Source: a bacterium
GTDB taxonomy: Bacteria; SAR324; NAC60-12
Length of the DNA stretch: 64,000 nt
Assembly: GCA_965205865.1 (NCBI GenBank)
Contig: CBDBHR010000030.1
Coordinates: 288,001-352,000 of the forward strand
Direction: 5' to 3'
Shown: positions 1 through 10,370 of the stretch, piece after piece
How positions within the stretch are numbered: the first letter of the stretch is position 1
How the letters are laid out: the number at the start of each line of letters is the position of its first letter
Notes under the pieces: generated by a model
Told to the model about the DNA's origin: nothing
The model's input: only the letters and a program-made list of their open reading frames with translations
Database searches by the model: none
Program-made: the position numbers and the translations under genes

Positions 1-537
1 TTCAAAAAACGTGTAAAATAGCACCGCATCCAGAGCCAGGAAAGAACCCAGAATTCCCACTTGCAGAAACATGATCTGAACCTGGAACGGCCAACTCCTC
101 TCCTTGGTGTACCAAGTCGCCACCAAGGCGGGAGGCAACAGAAAGACTGCCGCTAAAACCAATCCCAGGCTGAATCCATCGATGCCCAGGTAATAGTGAA
201 TCCCGAAACGCTCAATCCAGGGGATTTTTTCAACAAACTGGAATCCGTAAAAGGAGGGATTGAATTCGAGTGTCAAGTAGCCACAGAATCCCAGGGTCAA
301 TAGACTGCTGAGAAAGGTGGCTACATCGGCAGATAGCCCTCCATATCCATTGCGTAAGAGAACAGCAAACAAGGCGCCGAGCAAGGGAGAAAAAATAATG
401 ATGGTCAGAATGGGAAATCCGACACTGGCGGATGCGGTAATCTGGTTTGTTTCTGCAGCATGGACTGGGAGAGTAATGCCAAATACAACAAAAAGGGTGC
501 TAAAAACAATGCTCCAACGGATGGATGTGCGTTTCAT
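1..537 (-). CDS. nuoM: NADH-quinone oxidoreductase subunit M / antiporter-like subunit, 5' part (runs off window start)
   Basis: Own translation from ATG at 537: MKRTSIRWSIVF...FQFVEKIPWIERFGIHYYLGIDGFS...LALDAVLFYTFFE. These are NuoM/ND4-type motifs. Not in the supplied ORF track because no stop lies in the window. Confidence 0.75.
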   Translation of the reverse strand, partial: MKRTSIRWSIVFSTLFVVFGITLPVHAAETNQITASASVGFPILTIIIFSPLLGALFAVLLRNGYGGLSADVATFLSSLLTLGFCGYLTLEFNPSFYGFQFVEKIPWIERFGIHYYLGIDGFSLGLVLAAVFLLPPALVATWYTKERSWPFQVQIMFLQVGILGSFLALDAVLFYTFFE

Positions 538-1034
538 GAAAGTCCTTATCAAGTTTTTTAAAAAAATAGTGACCCAACAAAAGTATCAATTGGCTATTTG
601 AGGATTTGGCTTAGTTGCCATCAGCGGGACGGTGTTAGATAACACTATGCGAATCTCTTACTATAATCTATTGTCAAGACGTTTAAAATACAATCCATTG
701 AACAATTTTCAATAGCAAAATAGTAGCCTGCGACTTTCTGTTTTTTTTATTTCTGGCTCGACTGGGAATCCAGTGGCATTCCACGCCATGCAGTTTATTG
801 ATTCAAGATCGGTTTCTGGATTACAAATCATTGAAATTATTAATTATTCTAAAAAATACAGAGAAAATCACACCCAACTAGATTGTTGCAGCATGAAAAT
901 ATGACGAACGGACAGTAAAATGTCCAGTTTTCTATGAGAAATCCGGAGAAAAGGAAATTGTAGCGGAATCTACCCCATTTCCCAATGTACAGGTACTGTC
1001 AGACGCATTTGGGTTCCCGTTTGATGTGATTGGT

Positions 1035-4000
1035 TTAACCATAAGAAGCATGGGGATTAAAACAGACCACTGCAGCGGTCGTACTGGTGGGAAAAAACTC
1101 ATGAGCATCAGTCAGTGAAATCCCCAATTCTTCGGCGCGTAATAAATCATAGATTACTTTGTTGATAAACACGTTCCGCAATCCCGGATAGGCGGGGCTG
1201 TAACGGGTACCAACGAGAGGGTTGGTCTCTGTTTTGTGACGTAGGCAATCGTGCAGGTAGGATGCCATATCTTCCGCGACCCGGTCTGAAAGCCCTTGCA
1301 GAAAGAGTGACGATTCGCTGTCCCCGTCTTCCTTGAATTTTTCAACTGCTTGCGGGCTTTCTTGTCCACCTGTTGAAATTTGCAAAGCAATGACATCCAT
1401 TTTGCCACTGGAACGAGGAAGAAAAAATTGAGCGGCTGAAAAGATATCCCGGTTCCCTTTTCCCACTACAACCGTGAAATCGATGGCGGCAATTTCTTTT
1501 TCCAAGTTAGCAGGATCATATACAATCACCTCATCGCCTTCTGCTTGACAAGGAAAAAGACCGATTTTCCCCTGAGGTACAATCCACTGATTACGATGGG
1601 CGTCTTGGACCCACTTTTCTTTGAGTTTTTCCACGTCCTGAACCGTGAAACCTTTTTTTTCCCAAGCACTTTTTCGTCCAAGCTTCCAATTGAGAGCATA
1701 GAGCGTTTTCGTATCCAGGGAAAGCTCAGGAAGAGGAAGGTAGATGCTTTCGAGGCAATAAGTGACAGCAGGGGCCTGATAATCCTCAAATGGCACTTTT
1801 CGTCGGGGTAATGTCGCCAACAGCGATTCCAACTTTTCGTTTTGCTGTTTGGCGCGCAAATAATACTTTTTCAGCTCCTCGGCATTTCTTTGAGTGAACG
1901 TTTCCCGATTCTCCGACTGCAAGAGTTTCATGACATTCACTCCGTCCATCCCGGATTGACAATAAAAAACATCCTCCTTGATTTCATCCAGGTCTTCTTG
2001 TCCTGCCATCGCTACATACCCGGCATGCCTTTTACTGACAGGTGCGCCTCCAATGAGAACAGGAATGGTCATGTCGGCATCTTTCATCATCTTCACCACC
2101 GTGATCATGTGATTGGATGTTTGCACAAGCAAGGCACTCAAACCGATGGCATCGGCTTTTTCAGCCTGTGCCGTGGTCAGGTATTTTTCCAGTGGAACCT
2201 GTACACCCAAATCAATAACACGGTAACCATAATTCTCAAAAAGGGTCTTGGCTAAATCTTTTCCTATACTGTGTACATCTTGGTAGACGGTCCCAAGCAC
2301 GATGGTTCCCTGTGAGTTAATCCCTTCCGTGATATCCACCCCCGCCTTTTTTTTCATGTAAGTTTCCAAGAAACTCATGACCTGCTTCATCACGTCTGCA
2401 GACTTGAGCAAATGAGGGAGTGAGACCTCCCCGCGACCAAAACCATCTCCCAGATCCTGCATGGCCACCATCAGGTAATCATTGATCAAATCCAGCGGAG
2501 CAATATCCTGAATGATTTCTCTGACTTGAAGGACAATTTTATCCTGATAATCAAATGTCATTCCCTCCACTTCCAATTTTCCGGGAATCCGTTCTTTAAA
2601 TCCATCCTTTATTTTTTCAGAGACTGCAGTGATTAAGGGCAAATCCTTGTAATTGCTGCGACGCGCCTTAATTTTCCCCCGTTTGGCTTGTGCGATCTCC
2701 TCCAATGTCTCAAAAGCCTCCATGTCGCGTTCCAGAATAATTTTCAATCCCAATTGATAGTCAGGGGCATCGAGGCTTTCCACAGGAACATAGTGATTGG
2801 GATTGACAATGGCTGCGTCCAGCCCCTTTCTGCGAGCTTCATCAAGAAACACGGAGGTGAGGACCACTCGCATGTAAGGCTTTTTGGCCAATCCATTGGT
2901 CAAGTTTCCCACGCCGATGGTAGTCCGCAGATCGGGATGGATAGATTTGATGCGGGGAATCGCGTTCAAAGACTCAACAGCAAAATTTGCGCCTTCCACC
3001 GACTCTGCTCCGATGGGGAAGGCATTGATGTCAACGAGCAATTGATCGGGTGTCACTCCATGTTTGGCGCAACTCTCCACAATCTGTTGGGCCAAATCAC
3101 ATTTGTCTTCAACAGTCAAACCAGGTCCTTTAGGACCCGTTGCCAGACAAATGTAGAGCGGATGGTGGAATTTTGTAAGCGGTACCAAGGCATCCACTTT
3201 GCTCAGCCCCGTTTGATATTCTTCCATGGAAATGGAATTGATGATTGGTCTGCCAGGATAGACTTTGATGGCTTCCGTCAATGCAGCCACATCGAACGAG
3301 TCCAGACAAAATACTCCGGAAAAATCCGTCGTCAAATGCTGAATCACTCGCGGAAGGGTTTCCACAGTATCCACCAGATTGGAATCCATACAAATGTCAA
3401 CGATCGATACGCCCAATTCCTTGACTTGCTCATTGACCACCTCTTCCAATACATCGTAATTGATTGCCTGGTTTTCATTTTCAACCGCTTCCCTCACTTT
3501 TTGGGACCCTCGCACATTGAGACGCTCTCCAATTCGAATCAAATTCTCCGTTCCGTCCACTAAGATCGCGTTTTGGGCCCCGGAAACATAGTCACCTTGC
3601 TCAATTATTCGGTTGGCAGGCTGTTTGCCATCAACGGCATCCGCTATTGCTCGAATGTGTTCCGGCGTCGTACCGCAACATCCACCGATGAGGTTGACGC
3701 CATGTTTTTCAACAAACATTCGTAACTGTTCAGCAATGGATTGAGGGCCCACTTTGTATACGGTTTGGCCATTTTCAGAGACGGGCAGTCCTGCATTGGG
3801 TACGACTGAAATCGGTAATTTGCAGTAACGAGAGATTTTTTCCACAGTGGGAATCATCAAGTCCGGACCAATGGAGCAATTGATGCCAAAAACATCGATG
3901 CCGATGTCTTGAACGGTGGTAAGCGCAGCATGAATATCCGTGTTGAAAATTTGCATTTTACAAAATTCGTCAACAGTCACCTGAACCATGATAGGGAGCC

Positions 4001-4640
4001 GAATCCCTTTTTCCGCCATCGCCCTCAACCCTCCGGCCACTGCTGCTTTAACTTCTAAAATGTCCTGCTGCGTTTCGAAGAGGAGCGCATCCACCCCACC
4101 TGCCAGCAATCCCCGTATTTGGTGATAAAAATTTGCCTCAACTTGATCCCAATTCCCTTTGTTCAAGTTGGCCGTCGTGCTTGACAACACCCAATTGGAA
4201 GGACCAATGGAACCCAGAACAAACAATGGCCGGCTGTCATATTCCTCAGAGTCCTGATGCTCTTCCAATGCCATGCGCGCTATCTGGGCGCCAATGAGGC
4301 TGGAATAGTACGCGAGCTCTTCGAAAGACAATTTGACCAGATCCAGATCATAGGGGATGCGTTGAAAGGCGCTTGTATCGATCTTTTTAAAGTCGAAATC
4401 TCCCAGCCTCAAGGGACTTGAGCCAAAAGTGTTGGTTTCCACAGCATTGGCTCCTGCTCGAAAATAGTCTAGATGGATGTTTTTTACAGCATCAGGCTGC
4501 GAAAAATTCAACAGATCGGTCAACATGCGAAATGCAGAACCGCCAAAATCCGCATCATGGAGCCCCAAGTTCTGGATCATTGTGCCCATAGCGCCATCCA
4601 GCACAATGACCTGGGATTTTAATGCGTCTAAAAATTGCAT
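1035..4640 (-). CDS. metH: Cobalamin-dependent methionine synthase
   Basis: 1201 aa. LDGAMGT start, GINCS and GGCCGTTP Zn ligands, pterin domain (IGERLN), B12 motif DVHSIG, activation domain RYSPAYP. Confidence 0.95.
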   Translation of the reverse strand: MQFLDALKSQVIVLDGAMGTMIQNLGLHDADFGGSAFRMLTDLLNFSQPDAVKNIHLDYFRAGANAVETNTFGSSPLRLGDFDFKKIDTSAFQRIPYDLDLVKLSFEELAYYSSLIGAQIARMALEEHQDSEEYDSRPLFVLGSIGPSNWVLSSTTANLNKGNWDQVEANFYHQIRGLLAGGVDALLFETQQDILEVKAAVAGGLRAMAEKGIRLPIMVQVTVDEFCKMQIFNTDIHAALTTVQDIGIDVFGINCSIGPDLMIPTVEKISRYCKLPISVVPNAGLPVSENGQTVYKVGPQSIAEQLRMFVEKHGVNLIGGCCGTTPEHIRAIADAVDGKQPANRIIEQGDYVSGAQNAILVDGTENLIRIGERLNVRGSQKVREAVENENQAINYDVLEEVVNEQVKELGVSIVDICMDSNLVDTVETLPRVIQHLTTDFSGVFCLDSFDVAALTEAIKVYPGRPIINSISMEEYQTGLSKVDALVPLTKFHHPLYICLATGPKGPGLTVEDKCDLAQQIVESCAKHGVTPDQLLVDINAFPIGAESVEGANFAVESLNAIPRIKSIHPDLRTTIGVGNLTNGLAKKPYMRVVLTSVFLDEARRKGLDAAIVNPNHYVPVESLDAPDYQLGLKIILERDMEAFETLEEIAQAKRGKIKARRSNYKDLPLITAVSEKIKDGFKERIPGKLEVEGMTFDYQDKIVLQVREIIQDIAPLDLINDYLMVAMQDLGDGFGRGEVSLPHLLKSADVMKQVMSFLETYMKKKAGVDITEGINSQGTIVLGTVYQDVHSIGKDLAKTLFENYGYRVIDLGVQVPLEKYLTTAQAEKADAIGLSALLVQTSNHMITVVKMMKDADMTIPVLIGGAPVSKRHAGYVAMAGQEDLDEIKEDVFYCQSGMDGVNVMKLLQSENRETFTQRNAEELKKYYLRAKQQNEKLESLLATLPRRKVPFEDYQAPAVTYCLESIYLPLPELSLDTKTLYALNWKLGRKSAWEKKGFTVQDVEKLKEKWVQDAHRNQWIVPQGKIGLFPCQAEGDEVIVYDPANLEKEIAAIDFTVVVGKGNRDIFSAAQFFLPRSSGKMDVIALQISTGGQESPQAVEKFKEDGDSESSLFLQGLSDRVAEDMASYLHDCLRHKTETNPLVGTRYSPAYPGLRNVFINKVIYDLLRAEELGISLTDAHEFFPTSTTAAVVCFNPHASYG

Positions 4641-4647
4641 GATATTT

Positions 4648-5571
4648 TTATGTTTGATAGTGTTTCACCCCGCTGGCCAAAATAACTCGGAATACTTCTC
4701 CCCACCGTTGGGGATTGCTTTCCACGACAATAGACTGTAAATTCGATCCGGTCATCATCTCACGTAATACATCCTGCTCAAACCCCAGCCAGACGTGTCC
4801 TAGTTTTTCACGGACCCATTCCTCCTGATGTGGAGCCAACTCCATCACCGCCAAACGCCCTCCCGGTTTTAATATGCGCACTGCTTCAGCCAATCCAATC
4901 CGAGGTTCTTGCAGGTGATGTAGGGACTGGGCAAACAGGGCGAAATCAACGGAGTCGGAAGGAATGGATAAGGCTTCGATTCGTTCTTCCAGAAACTTGA
5001 CTGCTTTGAGATTTTGACGGTTCATCCGCTCTCGGGCTTCTGCCAAGACCCTGGCATTGTTGTCTACCGCAATCACCGAATGGGCAAATCGCGCCATTTC
5101 CGCAGTTATCGTACCATCGCCGCATCCCAGATCGACCACATCCAGGCCGGGCATGAAAAAACCCAATGTTCGTGACCAAGTCAACCAAGACTGTCCTGGT
5201 TCCAACAACCGTTCGTTTAAGCCAGAAATACTGTCTTCCCGCTGGCGTAATATTTCTTTCAGTCGAACTTCATCCCGAAACGGATCTTGCAATGCCAATA
5301 ATTGTTCTTGCAGAAAATTCCAAAGTAGCTTCAACTCAGGATCAAGACCTTTGGCATCAATCAATTGATAGTAACTCCACACGCCATTTTTCCGCTCCGT
5401 CAACAATCCCTGTTGTTTTAAATGACTCAAGTGCCTGGAAACCCCGGATTGCGCCAGTCCTAAGATGGATGTCAATTCACTCACATTCAGTGGTACCCGG
5501 GCTGTCAGATTGAGAATTCTCAATCGTGTTTCATCCCCGATAACTCGAATCGCTTGGCTTACTCTTTCCAC
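4648..5571 (-). CDS. sahR: ArsR-HTH / SAM-dependent methyltransferase fusion regulator (SahR-like)
   Basis: N-terminal ArsR HTH (DETRLRIL...QSGVSRHL) and C-terminal VVDLGCGDG methyltransferase fold. Lies 7 bp upstream of metH. Confidence 0.75.
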   Translation of the reverse strand: MERVSQAIRVIGDETRLRILNLTARVPLNVSELTSILGLAQSGVSRHLSHLKQQGLLTERKNGVWSYYQLIDAKGLDPELKLLWNFLQEQLLALQDPFRDEVRLKEILRQREDSISGLNERLLEPGQSWLTWSRTLGFFMPGLDVVDLGCGDGTITAEMARFAHSVIAVDNNARVLAEARERMNRQNLKAVKFLEERIEALSIPSDSVDFALFAQSLHHLQEPRIGLAEAVRILKPGGRLAVMELAPHQEEWVREKLGHVWLGFEQDVLREMMTGSNLQSIVVESNPQRWGEVFRVILASGVKHYQT

Positions 5572-5629
5572 GGTGACGGCCTGGTCGTGTTATAGTTTTA
5601 TCCTTCAAAGCACTGAATATATCTATTGT

Positions 5630-5653
5630 ATCACTAAATGTAAATATAGTGAT
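5630..5653. promoter_or_regulatory. Palindrome ATCACTA-N10-TAGTGAT, candidate operator for sahR-metH
   Basis: Perfect 7-bp inverted repeat in the AT-rich gap upstream of the regulator. Confidence 0.3.
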
Positions 5654-5732
5654 TTATGCTTAAATTTTACCCAATGATTTTTCCAGAAAAAAGGAAAAGG
5701 GTTGTGAGTGTGTTTAGTTTTCCGATGTACAC

Positions 5733-7505
5733 TTACAAGGCTTGATCCAATGACTCAATGACCGGCTTAATCTGCTGCTCGCATCCTACGGAGAGCCGGA
5801 TCAAATAACGAGGGAGTCCAATTGCATCCAAGCTTTCATCAGACTCATGAAAGTGGGCTAACAGAGTATATGGACAGAGGATCGTTTTATTTGATCCCAG
5901 ACTGGGGGCTTTTAAAATATGGGGAAGCGGAGCATCATAAAAATGGCGCAGTCCTTCCAACCCAGAACGTTTCAAAGTAAAGCTCATCACACTGCCGGGA
6001 CCTTTTAGCAAACGTTGTGAAACGTGATAGCTGCGATGCGAGGGCAATTTGTGAAAGTATAACCTGGCTATGCCGGGATGTTGCTGAAGAAAATCCGCCA
6101 CTTGCATTGCATTTTTCCGGAAGCGTCGCATCCGTTCCTCAAAATCCTGCATCCGCTCCCACAAAACAGCACTCTCCAGGGAAGAAAGCTCATTACCCCA
6201 TTGCTGCTGGTATTTTCTGATTCGAGTTGCCATTTCCGCATCATTCAGCAAGACCACTCCGCCTGCATGATCGTTCATTCCGTTGAAAAATTTAGTGGTG
6301 CTGTGTAACACTAAATCTACTCCCAGATTGAGTGGCTTACAGTTGCTGGGAGTTGCAAAAGTATTGTCGACAATCACCGGAATTTGACGCGGTCGGGCCC
6401 TATCGAGAATCGCTTCCAAGTCCGGCACGTCATTGAGTGGATTTGTAATGGTTTCGGTTATGATGGCTGCGGTTTGGTCGCTCATGGCGTCTGGAAATCG
6501 GGCCATATCATCCACTCCGATAAAATGATTCTCTACAGGTACCCGCTGCTTGGCATGAGTCAAGATCGCATAAGTGTCGGTATAAAGATGGCCGACTGCA
6601 ATGATTTGCGCTTTTCCCGGACGCCTCAACAGATTCAAAAGGGTGCTGATCGCTTGCATACCGGAAGGAAACAAAAAGCCATAACGCGCGTTTTCCATTT
6701 CACAAAATTGTTGAATCAATTCCTCTTTATGAGAATGCGACGTCGCTTCCAATTCCCCCAAAAAATGAGCAGCATCCCGGATCGAAAGGACTGGTCCCCG
6801 CTGAATACGAAATGTTTTCAACTCTTCCATCTGACGATCCAGATTGCTGAGAAGGACTCCCGCATTGATCGCTTGGTTCGCTTGGTTTAATGGAAAAACC
6901 CAATAGTTGACCAGACTGGAGGGCCATTGTTTTTCAGGAAATCCTCCTGAAAGCATTAGGATGGGGATTCGGTAGGATTTTACTTCCTGTAAAAAACATT
7001 CATGAGTTTCCATAAAAACAAAAGGATCCCGGACATTGACGAGCAACAGTTCGTCTTTTTCTTTGGAGAAAGGATGCAGTGATTTAAGTTGGGCAGGCGT
7101 TACCGGGAAAATCTTGGTATTCAATGCGGAGAGAGAGGCCTTGATGGAAAAAGGCGCTCCGGCTGCCAAGTCTGTAACCACTTTGAGCCTCATCTGAGGT
7201 TTCGCGAGAAGCAGATAGTCCAACAATTCCAATGCGGCAGATTTAAAAGACGTATAAAGCAAACAATGACGAATCTGATAATGAAATTGCAAACCCTCTT
7301 GAATCCTGCGCAATTGGGGATTGTCGATTATCCGGTAATACCCGAAGTTAAAATTGCAATGACCCTCTTGCCAATCGATGATTTCGTCAAGTGTGGGGAT
7401 GGTGGCCGTGATTGAAAAAGGTCCGCTGACTGGCTCTGCTTGACGTCTTGATTTGTCGGGAAATGGATTTCGCGGAAGAGGAAAAGGAAAGCGGGTCTTG
7501 TTCAT
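5733..7505 (-). CDS. PLP-dependent Cys/Met metabolism enzyme (cystathionine gamma-synthase-like) with an extra N-terminal degenerate domain
   Basis: C-terminal FPSGMQAIS, ETITNP, VDNTF, HSTTK (PLP Lys), SLG and LIRLSVG motifs. 590 aa versus ~390 aa typical. Confidence 0.8.
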   Translation of the reverse strand: MNKTRFPFPLPRNPFPDKSRRQAEPVSGPFSITATIPTLDEIIDWQEGHCNFNFGYYRIIDNPQLRRIQEGLQFHYQIRHCLLYTSFKSAALELLDYLLLAKPQMRLKVVTDLAAGAPFSIKASLSALNTKIFPVTPAQLKSLHPFSKEKDELLLVNVRDPFVFMETHECFLQEVKSYRIPILMLSGGFPEKQWPSSLVNYWVFPLNQANQAINAGVLLSNLDRQMEELKTFRIQRGPVLSIRDAAHFLGELEATSHSHKEELIQQFCEMENARYGFLFPSGMQAISTLLNLLRRPGKAQIIAVGHLYTDTYAILTHAKQRVPVENHFIGVDDMARFPDAMSDQTAAIITETITNPLNDVPDLEAILDRARPRQIPVIVDNTFATPSNCKPLNLGVDLVLHSTTKFFNGMNDHAGGVVLLNDAEMATRIRKYQQQWGNELSSLESAVLWERMQDFEERMRRFRKNAMQVADFLQQHPGIARLYFHKLPSHRSYHVSQRLLKGPGSVMSFTLKRSGLEGLRHFYDAPLPHILKAPSLGSNKTILCPYTLLAHFHESDESLDAIGLPRYLIRLSVGCEQQIKPVIESLDQAL

Positions 7506-7526
7506 ATAAGGTCTGGAATGAGGTGA

Positions 7527-7994
7527 TCAATCAATTCGAGTGATGTCAAAGTTTTTTGTTTTCAGATTGAACATGACGAGAACAGCGCCGTCTCGTTTGC
7601 CATTCTTGATGCCGCAGATCAGGTAATGGAGATCAGGATGTCTTGGTTCTCCATTCCACAAGGCATCTTCCTTGTCTTTGTCGGAGAAATAAGCCCCCAC
7701 GTCGGGATGCGTATGGAAGATGATTTTGACGCGGCATTGCTGCTTTTTTAAATCACGTTCCAGTTTGATTTGTTGTAGCGGATCGATCATATAGGCATTG
7801 CGGTTGGTACGGGGGTACAAGTCAGGATTTTCTGCGTGATAATCATTCATGACATTTTTCATGGAATGCACTTGGTCGAGATGATTATCAATGTCCACTT
7901 TTCCGCTGATCATGCCACATGCTTCTTCCGGATATGCTGCGCAACCAAACGTATAGCACTTTTCCAGGATATGTAGGTTGAATGGAATCATCAT
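7527..7994 (-). CDS. Mov34/MPN/JAB (M67) metallopeptidase
   Basis: EACG and the JAMM motif HTHPDVGAYFSDKD (HxH-x7-S-x2-D). Confidence 0.85.
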   Translation of the reverse strand: MMIPFNLHILEKCYTFGCAAYPEEACGMISGKVDIDNHLDQVHSMKNVMNDYHAENPDLYPRTNRNAYMIDPLQQIKLERDLKKQQCRVKIIFHTHPDVGAYFSDKDKEDALWNGEPRHPDLHYLICGIKNGKRDGAVLVMFNLKTKNFDITRID

Positions 7995-8046
7995 ATTTCT
8001 GATTCTCGGAATTTTTTCAAGGATACGGCAATGGCCCCGTCAACTT

Positions 8047-8964
8047 TCATTTCTGCAGAAAGACCGGCATTACTTCTTCAATATAGCTCTCAAATGCATC
8101 CCAGTTTATTGGCGGACGAAACGCAATATTTAGCCCATTAATGCCGGTCTCGGCGTATTGACCAATGCGATCGATTGCTTGTTGGGGAGAGCCTGAAATC
8201 ACGCCGGAGGCAATGTTTGCCGGAATCTCAACGAGTGGAGTGGCATCTCCTTTACCGGAATTCATGAAAAACCCGACATTGGTGCTTGTTTCCAATTCAG
8301 CCGGATCTCTTCCTATTTTCTCACAGGCTCTCCCAAGCCTTTGCAGTCGATCCTTGACAGTCTCGGGTGAGACGTACGGAATATTGAAGCCACCTGCATA
8401 CTTTGCCGCAAATTGAGGAGTTCTTACTTTACCTTTTCCTCCTACCCACAACCGTATTTTTGGGTTGTAGGGCTTGGGACTGGCGACAGCGTCGGTGATG
8501 TTATAATAATTGCCTTTGAAGTTGGTGACGGGATCATGCCACAATGAATGGATGATCCGCAGCACCTCCTCTAACTGATCCAGGCGCTTGCCCACACGCG
8601 GGAAACTATATCCAAAATCCTGAAATTCTTCCTCAAACCAACCAGCTCCTATGCCAATTTCAGCACGTCCTCGAGAAATATGGTCGATGGTGATTGCGGC
8701 TTTTGCCAAAAGCCCCGGATTGCGAAACAAGGCGCAAAAAACCAGACAACCTACTCTCACTTTTTGAGTTGATGCCGCAAGTGCCGCCATCGCCGCAACA
8801 GCTTCGAAACAAGGATTTTCTCGTGATTGGAGTGGATTGGCATAAAAGTGATCCCAAACTGAGACCCAGTGAAAACCTGCTTCCTCCGCGCGGCGCCAAA
8901 TTCGTTGAAGTTCCTCCATGGAGAGATCCTGTGGACCTGTGTGAATTCCAAGTTTCAGTTTCAT
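8047..8964 (-). CDS. LLM-class flavin/F420-dependent oxidoreductase
   Basis: WDHFY, RNPGLLAKAAITIDHISRGR, GIGAGW and WVGG motifs. Confidence 0.85.
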   Translation of the reverse strand: MKLKLGIHTGPQDLSMEELQRIWRRAEEAGFHWVSVWDHFYANPLQSRENPCFEAVAAMAALAASTQKVRVGCLVFCALFRNPGLLAKAAITIDHISRGRAEIGIGAGWFEEEFQDFGYSFPRVGKRLDQLEEVLRIIHSLWHDPVTNFKGNYYNITDAVASPKPYNPKIRLWVGGKGKVRTPQFAAKYAGGFNIPYVSPETVKDRLQRLGRACEKIGRDPAELETSTNVGFFMNSGKGDATPLVEIPANIASGVISGSPQQAIDRIGQYAETGINGLNIAFRPPINWDAFESYIEEVMPVFLQK

Positions 8965-9021
8965 ATCGTTCCTTTTGTCAGTATGGTTGGAAAAAGGCTT
9001 ATTCTGGCTGCCAGGGGGAGA

Positions 9022-9915
9022 TCAGGTTTTAGAAGCTTGATATATGCTTTCAATAGAGGCGCCCAGCATCGCATTGAATTCCTCATCGGATTGTTGAGCA
9101 GTCAAGCCTTCCGTTAACGCACGTGAGAAACTCGCAATCATCCGATTTTGTCGCGCCAGCCTCGCATTGGCTTCTTCTCGACTGTAACCGCCGGATAGGG
9201 CGACCACTCTCAGAACATTTGGATGGTCGATACAGTCTAAATAAAAATTGTCTTCTTCAGGCAATGTCAACTTGAACATCACGAGTTGTCCCTCGCCCAA
9301 TTGATCCAGTCCGTTGAGAATCTCTTTTTTCAGTAACATCTCCGCTTTTGCCTTGTTCGGACAGTGAATATCTATTTCCGGCTCGAGAATGGGTACCAGA
9401 CCGCTATTGAGGATACGTCGGCCGATTTCGAATTGCTGCTTGGCGACGGCAGTCACTCCTGCCGGGTCAGCCTGTTTGATGACGGAGCGCATCTTCGTAC
9501 CAAAAATTCCTTTCGACTTCGCTTTTTCCAACAGTGCGTCCAGAGTCGGCATGGGTTTCATCACTTGGCTCCCGTCTTGATCTTCTGCCAACCCTTTGTC
9601 AATTTTGAGAATCGGCGCCACCTGTTTCACATTCCATAAATAATCTGCCGAGGCCATACCTCCGATGTCCCGGTCCATTGTATTTTCGAACAGTATGGAA
9701 CCCAGAATTCTTTCACCCGTGAATTGCGGACTGCTGATGATGCGTGTTCTCATTTGGTGGACGAGGGTGTACATATCTCCTTCGCCGGACCATGCATTTT
9801 CGTTAACGCCATAGAGGCGGAGCGCCTTGGGAGTGCTGCCACCGCTTTGGTCGAGTGCCGCAATGAATCCAGCTTTATTTTTAAATTGTTCGAGTTGTTG
9901 TTCGTGATTGCTCAT
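9022..9915 (-). CDS. fda: Fructose-1,6-bisphosphate aldolase class I
   Basis: GFIAALDQSGGSTPKAL, GTKMRSVI, VALSGGY and ASFSRAL motifs. Confidence 0.92.
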   Translation of the reverse strand: MSNHEQQLEQFKNKAGFIAALDQSGGSTPKALRLYGVNENAWSGEGDMYTLVHQMRTRIISSPQFTGERILGSILFENTMDRDIGGMASADYLWNVKQVAPILKIDKGLAEDQDGSQVMKPMPTLDALLEKAKSKGIFGTKMRSVIKQADPAGVTAVAKQQFEIGRRILNSGLVPILEPEIDIHCPNKAKAEMLLKKEILNGLDQLGEGQLVMFKLTLPEEDNFYLDCIDHPNVLRVVALSGGYSREEANARLARQNRMIASFSRALTEGLTAQQSDEEFNAMLGASIESIYQASKT

Positions 9916-10370
9916 GATACTCCTTATAATTGAGATTTTTTGATACGCTCATATAGTCATTAATAGCATCAATCCCAGGGTTGTCAAGCGTGCCGTCGAA
10001 CTCTTCGGAAACAGTACCAATCCTGCCCTGGCAAAATTTGATTGCCTTTTTTCCGGCAAGCTCTTATTGGAGATTTGCCTTGTTGTTTGGCAGTTGAAAT
10101 GTATCTGCGCTTGCCAATTCATGATACTTTGATCTTGTCGAAAATGTTTCCCCGCGGTTTGCCGCGCGCCTAATCGTTCCGTCGCTTTTCTGCAGAATGC
10201 ATATGCAGACGCCTTGCGTTTCTTCAGACTGCGAAGCGATCGAATCGGCGTTCCCTTGAAAATCGTGGGAATAATCTGAATACCCCTTAATTTGTTGCAC
10301 TGGTGTTTTTTTCAATCTCCTGCGGTAGATTTTCAATCTTCAGGCGATTCCTTCCTTTCCCGTAAAACAG

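Noticed and set aside
317-601. 94 aa plus-strand ORF
   Set aside because: Antisense shadow of nuoM.
2688-3563. 291 aa ORF and similar long antisense ORFs (e.g. 27429-28391, 29494-30396, 41579-42592)
   Set aside because: Opposite well-supported genes, with no recognisable motifs.
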